Assembly (NCBI RefSeq): GCF_006345805.1
Contig: NC_043012.1
Span: 39,928,001-39,992,000, forward strand
From: Octopus sinensis
Lineage: Eukaryota
Length of the DNA stretch: 64,000 nucleotides
Direction: 5' to 3'
The position numbers and the translations under genes are program-made. The notes under the pieces are model-generated. The model searched no databases, had not been told where the DNA came from, and saw only the letters and a program-made list of their open reading frames with translations. The first letter of the stretch is position 1, and each line of letters opens with the position of its first letter. This document shows positions 53,245-64,000 of the stretch, in pieces.

Positions 53245-53470
53245 ATCGATCCGCTCAGTCGAAGTCGACTCTCGGTTACTCGATGGATCAGTGTCCTCCA
53301 GTCAGTTCTATCCTGGGCCACTTCTTTCAGATTGGCTATGTCCATTCCGGTATCACTCTTGATGGTGTCAAGCCAGCGGGTTCTTGGTCGGCCTCTTCCT
53401 CTCTTGCCACTGACCATTCCGAGCATGATGTCCTTCTCCAGGGATTTTCTCCGCATAATATGATCACATA
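53245..53470 (-). mobile_element. RTE/BovB-like LINE 3' end
   Basis: HIMRRKSLEKDIMLGMVSGKRGRGRPRTRWLDTIKSDTGMDIANLKEVAQDRTDWRTLIHRVTESRLRL. Confidence 0.92.
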
Positions 53471-53880
53471 ACCTTACCATTATTAATACCACTAATTCCC
53501 ATACATTCCATACACCATTCATATTACAGTATTACATCTACACTAATTGCGCCACTCCCAGAATTACCTCCCTTGCATATAATCTTTTTTATTCGGGAAC
53601 TAGTAGACCCAACACACTTTGGTAAACGGTGCGTATTCAAAGCCAGTGAACAGCAATTTACAATACAGGTATACTTTGAATCCCTTTAACAATTCAAAAT
53701 AATGAATTTATTTCCTCTTAATTCTACCTCAGTTCATCTAATTGTATTTATTTATCGATAAGTTTCATAAAATAGCCTATATTTATTTTTATTTATATCC
53801 AATGTACATTTTCGCTTTTTGCTTCTTACTTTCCCCATATATCTACCACGTGTAGTTTATTTTCTCTTTGAAACCTATTT

Positions 53881-53914
<34 letters not shown>

Positions 53915-53918
<4 letters not shown>

Positions 53919-54118
53919 GTTCAAAAAGTCTTTCTGCAGTGAATTTTTTTAGAAGAGTCAAGTTATGTATCGAAAATGAAGAACAACATTTTCGACACCT
54001 CTTATAAAGTTTTTTAAACTCTTGTAAAATCTAATATATTCTTTTGTAGTCTTATACCATCTTATTAATATTTATTTTGCAATAAAATACTTACTGCGGA
54101 CAAACTTTTTGAACACCC
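53915..54118. mobile_element. Tc1-type MITE
   Basis: TIRs GGGTGTTCAAAAAGT.T.TC.GCAGT and ACTGCGGACAAACTTTTTGAACACCC, with TA flanks. Confidence 0.88.
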
Positions 54119-54205
<87 letters not shown>

Positions 54206-55550
54206 TACGTACTTCTGTATAAAAGGGCTGATATTGTTATTCCTATGGAGTATCTAGTTATAAGTTTTCCAATATTATTATTGCTATCAGCCGGTTCTAT
54301 GAAAGTCATCATCAAACTCTTTTGTCATCATTCTCTTTTATCACCATATTCTTTATATATATATATATTATATATATATATATTATATATACTCTTTAAC
54401 GTCGTGCTTTTATCAAGCATGATGCATAATAGGCAAGCTAATGTTTTTGGCTAAAATCCATTCGGTAATCAACTTTTGTTGGAATAAAATCTGACTTTTT
54501 TTCCCCACCTCACCAAAGTTGGAACATAATAGCCAAATTTGTCTCGGCTTTGGCACCCCCAAAGAGCAGCACTCATACGTTTACCTTTGAACATTTGGAG
54601 TAAAAAAAATGTCAATAATAAAATACGTCTGATTGTTTCTCCTCCCCGCTCTGCTCTCTGATATTGTATCGAATTGGCTGAACGGTTCGAATATTTATTG
54701 GTTTACCAGTTCATAGGTTTTGACATCGATTTCAATAATGGTATTGCAATATATTTTAGTCGACTATTTTCAGTGACAATTGATTCTGTGCTTGTTATTG
54801 TTGTATTATTTTCGTGAGAAGCGGAAGGGCTTCTTTCGTGACCTTTTGCGATGTCTCAAAAACTGCTAGACGAAGGGAAACCATTATTTGTGAACTACAG
54901 TTGTTATTGCCGTTGTGTTGCTGTTATTGTATTGATTACATCTGTGATTGTTCTTCATATTGTTATTGTTGCTACCACTTGTTGCTGCTGTCTTCTTCTT
55001 CTTCCAATCAGGACTCACGCCATTAGCCACAAAGAATAATCTCTAATTCGAGCCTACTCTAAGCTACCAAGAATGCATGTGGCAACTTGAAGATCCATCC
55101 ACCACACGCGATAGACTGGCGGTTGCACGGGCGCAAAAGCTACGTTGTTATCCTCATTCCGTAAACGGTGGGTTTTAACGGGTGGAGAGCTGAACCATCC
55201 GGGGGTACAGAGGATTTGCAATCTTGACTAGGGTCTGAAAGTTTACTACACCATAGTGGGTTACACCATGGTTCCTCTGCTTTGAGGCAGAAGTGGGAAG
55301 AAAGAGTGAGAGAAAGTTGTGGTGAAAGAATACAGCGGTGTTCACCACCAAAAGCCTCGTGGAGCTTAGGTGTTTTTGCTCAATAAACACTCGCAATGCC
55401 CGGTCTGGGAATCGAAACCGCGTTCTTATGACCGCTAATCCGCTGTCCTAAGCACTGGGCCACTGTTGCTGCTGTTGCTGCTGTTGCTCATTTTGTTGTA
55501 ACTTAGTGATGGACATGGTGTTCCTCTTGTCGCTGTTATTGATCTTGGGA

Positions 55551-55860
55551 AGGCGCATGGCTAAGTGGTTAGGGCATTCGGCTGACGATCGTATAGTCTT
55601 GAGTTCGATTCCCAATGTCACGTTCTGCCCTTGGGAAAGACATTTTATTTCATATTGCTCCAGTCCACTCAACTGAGAAAAATTAGTTGTACCTGTAATT
55701 CGAAGGGGGGCAGCATTATTACATTCTGTGTCACACTGAAGAATCCTTGGTGACCATGTTAAAAGGTACGCATGTGTATGGAGTACTCAGCCACTTGCAT
55801 GTTAATTTCACAAGCAGGCTGTTTCATAGAGCGGGTCAAGTGAAACCGACGGAGTACCAG
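55551..55860 (+). mobile_element. SINE family B
   Basis: AGGCGCATGGCTAAGTGGTTAGG head, GAGTTCGATTCC B box, body and tail. Confidence 0.88.
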
Positions 55861-55924
55861 TCATTGTTCTTCCTGTTATTGTTGCAATAACAGCTGTGCC
55901 ACGTGTTGCTATGGTTTTAACTGG

Positions 55925-56360
55925 TGGTGGTGGTCGTCGTCGTCGTCTTGTAGTTGCGGTTTGTGACGTTCTTGTTGTTGTTGCCGTTTAGCCTCTGCCA
56001 CCATCGATCGAACATACCTATGTTCAAAGACTTCCATTGATGACCATCCGTGGCAGGGGTTGTGGTGGTGACGTTTGAGGTGGTGGTGGTGGTGGTGGTG
56101 CTGCTGTTGGTGGTGGTGGTGAAGGTGGTGGTTGGGGCGTGGGAGAGTAATAATGGTAGCAGAGCCAGTGACAGTATAGTGGGGTTGTTGCTGATGATAA
56201 TGATGATGATGGTGGTGAAAGTGATGTTAACAGTAATGAGGGCGTTGGTGGTGGCGGCGATGGTAACAGGGATATCGATATTGCAGTGGTGGTAGTGTGG
56301 CTGCTGATGATGATGATGATCATCATCGTGGTGGTGAGGATCATAATGATGATGACGATG
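55925..56360. repeat. GGT/GAT-rich trinucleotide low-complexity tract
   Basis: Direct reading. Confidence 0.85.
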
Positions 56361-56902
56361 ATGACTGTGGCGATTTAAATATAATTTGATTAAATAATAC
56401 ACAATAAATTCTACTTTAAGCTTTAATGGCTGTAGGGGGGTTGGTGGGTGGAGGTGCTGGTGGGGTCGGCGGCAGAACATTAACGGGAGGGGGCAGGAAG
56501 TGAGTGGTGGTGGGGGACGCTTCAGTGGATCATTAATGGCAAAGGGTGGCGGGTGGTGGGGGGAGACACAGGAGATCATAAATGGTAATAGGAGGAGGGA
56601 GAGAGGGAGGGAGGGATCTCTGCGTTCATTCTCGTTCTTAATTACTTTCTATTTGAGATTTGCAATCCTGCCTACACACACACACACACACACACTGCGC
56701 GCACACACACACACGCACGCATATACGCACAGGTATGCGTGTGGAGGCGTGTACGCACAGGTATGCGTGTGGAGGCGTGTACGCACACGCGTGGACGCAT
56801 TTTATACACATAATGCAATACACACAACCACATACTTACTTACGCGTAATCTTTGATACACACATAATTATGTACCTGGTGTATATACATATAATATATA
56901 AT

Positions 56903-56935
<33 letters not shown>

Positions 56936-57024
56936 GGAACATGGAAGTATGTACACACGTATATGTGCATACATATACACATGCTTAGAAACATATACGT
57001 AAGTACACATACGCATGTTATATA

Positions 57025-57070
<46 letters not shown>

Positions 57071-57238
57071 GTATACATATGTATGTTATATATTTTTGTA
57101 TATAATATATGTATGTATTATAATAATGTATATAGTGTATGTATATATATGTATGTATATATTATATGTATATATATATGTATATATATATGTATGTATA
57201 ATATGTCTGTAATATATAATATATGATAATAAATATAA

Positions 57239-57350
57239 GAGAGTGGTCATATATGCTCACTCTAGCACCAGTTATATCCAAAAGGTTTCAACCACAAAAA
57301 TAAACCTTTTGATTAACTGGTGCTAGAGTGGCCATATAGTGACCACTCTC
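57239..57350. repeat. 112-bp hairpin/palindromic MITE
   Basis: Arms GAGAGTGGTCA...CACTCTAGCACCAGTTA..AAAAGGTTT and AAACCTTTT..TAACTGGTGCTAGAGTG...TGACCACTCTC around a 13-nt loop. Confidence 0.88.
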
Positions 57351-57479
57351 TATATTAATTTGTAAAATATTATAATATATTATAAAATATTATAATAATC
57401 CAGGTTCTCGGAGCACTAGGCGACTTGGTGTTGAATGATATACAGTAAATTAGTATCTAATTCTCTCACCCTTATTAAT

Positions 57480-57600
57480 TAATTATATATATGTAGTATA
57501 TGTATGTATGTATATATATATGTATGTATATATATTTAGTATGTATATATATGGATGTATGTATAGGTATGATGTACTATATATGTAGGTTTGTATATAA

Positions 57601-57633
<33 letters not shown>

Positions 57634-57919
57634 TGTAGTATGTTATATATGTATGTATTATGTATATATATGTATGTATGTTATGTATACTAGTATGATG
57701 TATGTGTATATATAGGTATGTATGTGTATATATATGTATGTAGGTGTTATATATATAGTATGTATGTGTATATATATGTATGTATGTTATTATATATGTA
57801 TGTATATATATATATTTATGTATATATATATATATGTATGCATGTATAATACATGTATGTATATATACATATGCGGCATATATATTATGCCTGTATATAT
57901 AAGTATGCGGGTAATATAT

Positions 57920-57957
<38 letters not shown>

Positions 57958-60900
57958 ATGTTATTATATATGTATATATGTTATATATGTATATATGTAT
58001 ATATGTGTGTGTGTATATATATGTGTGTGTGTGTGTTATATATATGTGTGTGTGTGTGTATATACTGTATGTATATGTGTGTGTATATATACATGTAATA
58101 TATATTGTTATAGATACATATATATGTATGTATATATGTATTATATATGTATGTATATATATGTAATATATGTATGTATATATATGTATATATATGTGTG
58201 TATTATATATATATGTCTATATATGTGTATTATATCTGTTATATATAGTGTATATATGTATATATATGTGTGTATATATGATTATATATATGTGTATATA
58301 TGTATATATATATATATGTATATATGTATATATATATGTGATATATGTATATATATATGTATATATATGTGTATATATGTATATATATGTTGTATATATG
58401 TATATATATGTGTGTATATGTGTAATATGTATATCTATGTATATATGGATATATGTATTATATATATATGTTATATATATGTAGATATATATATATATAT
58501 GGTATATATATATTATATCTATGTACTATATGTGTATATATATATATATATATGTGTATATATGTATATATATATGTATATATATATATGTGTAATATGT
58601 ATATATATGTATATATGTGTATATATGTATATATGTGTATTATATATATGTTGTATATATGTATATATATGTATATATGTGTGTATTATATATATGTGAT
58701 ATATGATATTATATGTATATATGTGTATATATATATATATGGTGTGTATAGTGTATATATATGTGTATATATATATAGTGTGTATATATTATGTATATAT
58801 GTATATGTGTGTGTATATATATATGTCTAAGGTATATGTGTGTGTATATTATATATATATATTGTGTGTGTGTGTGTATATATATATGTGTGTGTGTGTA
58901 TATATATGTATATATGTGTGTTATATATACATATATATATATTATGTTATATATACATATATATATATTATGTATATATATACATTATTATATATATGTA
59001 TATATACCTATTATATATATGTATATATATGTAGTATAATATATATTGTATATATATGTATGTATATATATATGTATATATATGTATTATATATGTATAT
59101 ATATGTGTGTGTTATATATATATGTATATGTATATATATGTGTATATATAGTGTTATAATATGTGTATATATGTATATATATGTGTGTAGATATATGTAT
59201 ATATATATATGTGTATATATTATATATATAGATGTGTATATGTGTATATATGTATATATATATTATTTGTATATATGTATATATTGTGTATATATGTATA
59301 TATATGTGTATATATGTATATTATATGTCCTATATATATGTGTTATATGTATATATATGTGTGTATATATGTTGTATATGTGTATATATGTGTATATATG
59401 TAATATATATATATATATGTGTATATATGTATTATATATGTATATCTATGTGTATATAAGTATATATGTGTATATATATGTGTATATATGTATATATAAT
59501 GTATATATGTGTGTATATATATAGATATGTGTGTATATGTATATATATGTGTATATATATATATGGTGTATATGTATATATATGTGTGTATATGTATATA
59601 TAATGTATTTATGTATATATATAAAATATGTATCATGTATATATACAACATGCATGTATATATAAACATGCTGTATATATTATGCCTGTATGTATATATA
59701 TGCATGTATATTATATATATATAATAATATATATATATATATGGATGTATATATATGTATATATGGTATATCTTATATGTATATATGTATATGTGTGTGT
59801 GTATATATATATATATGTGTGTGTGGTATATATATATTGTGTGTGTGTGTGTATCTATATGTATATGATGTGTGTATATATACATATATATATATATGAT
59901 AATATACATATATATTGTATGTATATATGTATATATATAGTATGTATATATATGTATATATATGTATGTATATATGTATATAATATGTGTCTATATATTA
60001 TATGTCTATATATGTGTATATATATATGTTATATATATGTGTGTATAATGTATATATATGTGTGTGTATATATTATATATATATAATGTGTATATATGTA
60101 TATATATATATGTGTATATATGTATATATAATCTATATGTTTATATATGTATATATATATATGTATATATATATGTGTATATTGTATATATATGTGTGTA
60201 TATATGTATATATATGTTGTATATGTGTATATGTAATATATGTATATATGTGTATATATGTATATATATATATGTATATATATGTGTATTATTATATAAT
60301 ATGTGTATATATATACTATATATGTATATATATGATGTGTATTATGTATATATATATATGTGTATATATGTGATATATATGTATATATATATATGTGTAT
60401 ATATGTATATATGTTGTATACTTGTATATATGTGTATATATGTGTATATATATATGTGTATATATGTTATATATGTATATATGTGTGTATATTTATATGT
60501 GTAATATATGTATATATAGTATATATGTGTATATATATATATGTGTGTGGATTGTATATATATGTGTATATATATATATGTGTGTATATGTATATATATG
60601 TGTGTATATGTATTATATGTGTATATATGTATATATATGTGTGTATATATATATGTATGTATATATATGTGTATATATATATATGTATGTTATATAGTGT
60701 GTATATATATATATGTATGTATATATGTGTGTATATATATATTATGTATATATAATGTGTATATCTATATATGTATATATATTGTATATATATATAATGT
60801 ATATATATGTGTATGTATATATATGGTATGTATATATATATAATGTATATATATATATATGTGTATGTATATATATATGTATGTATAATATATATGTGTA

Positions 60901-61219
60901 TATATATATATATATGTGTTATATATATATGTATATATATGTGTATATATATATATATTGTATTATATGTGTATATATATATATGTGTATGTATATATAT
61001 AGTGTATATATATATATATATGTGTGTATATATACAATATATATGTTTATATAGATAATGTATATATATATATATGTGTATATATATCTCTCTCTCTATA
61101 TAATATAGTGTATATATAGATATATTATATATATATATATATATGTGTATATATCTATCTGTCTCTATATATATATGGTGTATATATATATATAATATAT
61201 ATGTGTGTGGTGTGTGGGT

Positions 61220-61261
<42 letters not shown>

Positions 61262-61323
61262 TAGCATGCATACATGGGCATATATACTAGTAAATGTGTA
61301 CACATAGATGTATAGATTTATAC

Positions 61324-61376
<53 letters not shown>

Positions 61377-61400
61377 TATATGCATGCATACAGGCAGGAG
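57480..61400. repeat. Approximately 3.9-kb degenerate (TA)/(TG) microsatellite field
   Basis: Direct reading; the plus strand is almost C-free. Confidence 0.95.
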
Positions 61401-62119
61401 TGTATATGCATGCATGTATGGGTAGACATACATACGCAGCTATACTCATATATGCATACATAGCTACATACATACAGAACTATACATATATCAACGCAAC
61501 ATGCGTATATATATATACATGCACAACTAGCTACATGTATATATACATAGAATGTACCTCTGTAAATACAACCTCATATCACGCCCAAGCGTTCCATACG
61601 AAACACATCTATGCGTACACACAACACACGCACACATACTGATGCGTATACTCTTGCACATACACACGCATACTCGGGCACTTACGCACATATGGACATA
61701 CACATACGCACTTATACACACACGCATACGCTTACACACACACTTTTATTGTCACGTGTGTGTGTGTGTATGTGTGTACGTGAATGTCTCTACGTATAGA
61801 TGTGCCTAAGCCTGTGTATATGAGTATATGTACACACACACACACACACAAGCACACACCAGACACACTTTTGTAAGCACACATCTATATATACACATAT
61901 CCATACATACCACTCGTTCTCCCGATATCCCTCACCAACTACCATCACTAATCCCTCTACTAATATATAATTGATGATAAAATGATAATCCTTAATCCCT
62001 AAACCCATGCCCACCCCCTTTTATTTTAATCCAGATCCTTCCATTATGTCTGCTCAAACACCCCGTAATGGATTCTACATCACATCATGTGACATCCTCT
62101 CCTTTTTATTGTTACTGTT

Positions 62120-62885
62120 CCGGTGGTGGTGGTGGTGGTGGTGGTGGTGATGTGGTGCTGGTTGCAGTGGTAGTAGTAAAAGGTACGCGTGGTAGGTTGT
62201 GATGGTGGTGGGGTACACGTGCTGGTATCGTTGTGGTGATGGTGGTAGTATTGTGATGTCGTTGTATTGGTAGTGGTGGTGGCGGTGGTAATGTTGATGG
62301 TAGAACCACTGAGGAACGTAATGGTAGATGGTGGTAGTTAAGGGGCGGTATTAGTGTTGATGCTGGCGTTAAGGCGGTAGTCGTACTGAGTGGTTTCAGT
62401 GGTGGCTTATGTGTAGGTTGTGGTGGTAGTACTGATGAGAATAGTCATAATGATGGTAACGAGGGTGGTGGTGGTGGTGGTGGTGGTGAAGTGATGATGA
62501 AGCTTGTGGTAGCTATTGTAGTATTGGTAGTAGCGTTCTTAGTGGTGTTGGTATATATAGATTGCAGTTGAAGTGACAGTGGTGACACTATCGGATGTGG
62601 TGGTGGTGGAGATTGTGATATCGGTGGTGTTTGTAGAGTTCGTGAAGGAAGCGGAAGTGTTGTTGATTGTGGTGGTGGCGGCGGCGGTGGTCTTGATCTT
62701 ACAGTGGTTGTGGTGGTTGTGGCGGTAGTGATACAACAGCTGCAGTAACACCTGTTGACCAAAACAACCAATCAAATAACAGATCGGATACCTGTCCTCC
62801 CCACCAGTAAAATGAACCTTCAAGATGAACCCTCCCACCACCACCACCGCCGCCGCCGCCGCCACCACCACCGCCGCCGCCGCCA
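62120..62885. repeat. GGT/GTA/CCA/CCG trinucleotide low-complexity cluster
   Basis: Direct reading. Confidence 0.85.
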
Positions 62886-62924
62886 TACAGACAGACCGTG
62901 GATTTCCATCGCTATTATTTATGA

Positions 62925-63365
62925 TGATGTTTCGACGGTCAACAGACGGAATCGTTTGCACGGCGGACAAAATGTTCAACGGCATTTCGTCCGCCTGTAC
63001 ACTGTGTTCAAATCTCCTCGGTGTTCACGTTGCCTTTCATCCTTCGGGGAGCGATAAAGTAAGTATCGATTGAACACAGACCACCCCCTCCCCCGAAATT
63101 GCTGGCCTTGTGCCAAAAAATTTGAAGCTATTATTTATGGTGTTAAGGCTGAGAGCAGGAGGAATCGTTTGAACGCCGGACAAAATGCTAAGCGGCATTT
63201 CGTCCGTCTATATTTTCCGAGTTCAAATTCCTCCGCGGTCGACTTCGCCTTTCATTCTTTCGGGAGTCGATAAAATAAGTACCAGTCACGTACTGGGGTC
63301 GATTTAATCGACTAACCCACCTCTCCTACCAAATTTCAGATCTTGCGCCTATAGTAGATAGGATT
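62925..63365 (+). mobile_element. Two tandem diverged SINE C copies (62925-63125 and 63155-63365)
   Basis: GCCTTTCAT.CTT.CGGG..CGATAAA..AAGTA block occurs twice. Confidence 0.8.
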
Positions 63366-63571
63366 GAAATGTTGATGTTGTCATTAGTGTTTTTGTTTTA
63401 GCCCCAGGTCAGTCGCTATAGGGCAGACCTACGACCAGAAGCGTTCTAGATATGACCATTCCATTTGTTACTGAAGCATGTCATTCCTTTCTTTGAAACA
63501 GAAAGATCTTATTTTGAACTCGACATGCCGAACGTTCTTGAAGAGGACCTGAATATCAGTTCAAGTAGTAC

Positions 63572-63617
<46 letters not shown>

Positions 63618-63951
63618 GCTGGCTTTGAATGGAGCTAATAAAAAAACGTATCCACATCCATTATTGAGTTTGTTCCCAACTGAATCAGTAACAATGCGTT
63701 CTCGCTCAGACCACGAGGGAGGACCCGAAATGTTAATGTGCCCACTTCTCATTGAAATTAAACGAAAGGAGCTGTTTTTGACCCCTCCCCCCTTCGTTTC
63801 CAGATTTTACTATTTGCTATAATTTATATTTATTATATATATTTCTGTGTGATCTGTTATATATAATTGTTGTGTTTTATATTATACACACACACATAAA
63901 AATATATATATGCATATATGATTTGTTATGATATTGTTTCCATATATATAT

Positions 63952-63987
<36 letters not shown>

Positions 63988-63988
<1 letters not shown>

Positions 63989-64000
63989 GGCGCAGGCGTG
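63988..64000 (+). mobile_element. Start of a SINE A copy running off the window
   Basis: AGGCGCAGGCGTG is identical to the head at 2327. Confidence 0.6.

Noticed and set aside
55551-55620. tRNA gene-like sequence (also at 13044, 36710-36780 and 51800)
   Set aside because: A and B boxes continue into SINE bodies with no complete cloverleaf; these are SINE heads.
57500-61429. Long ORFs (up to 325 aa) rich in Y, I, C, V and M
   Set aside because: Translations of stop-poor (TA)/(TG) microsatellite. The same applies to the ORFs at 5278-6523, 16622-17273, 21595-22172, 41404-42035 and 46585-47036.

Overview
Eukaryotic, AT-rich, repeat-saturated non-coding DNA, most likely intergenic or large-intron sequence of an octopus (inferred from recalled cephalopod SINE families, not from a database search). 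It has one 100-N assembly gap. No intact host protein-coding gene is recognisable: the listed ORFs are microsatellite translations or decayed transposon fragments. Contents: about 30 copies of three tRNA-derived SINE families, decayed Penelope-like elements (RT plus GIY-YIG), two RTE LINE 3' ends, a fold-back mariner derivative, several Tc1-type MITEs, a non-autonomous Helitron, two long palindromes and very abundant microsatellites. The main signal is RNA-structural. Five separate short elements carry minimal hammerhead-ribozyme folds. A 995-nt element (852-nt unit plus a near-identical terminal repeat, 52006-53002) carries a complete set of hammerhead core motifs and helices in a non-standard, pseudoknot-requiring strand order. 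Its predicted cleavage site coincides with the element's own 5' boundary. All ribozyme folds were assigned by eye and are untested.
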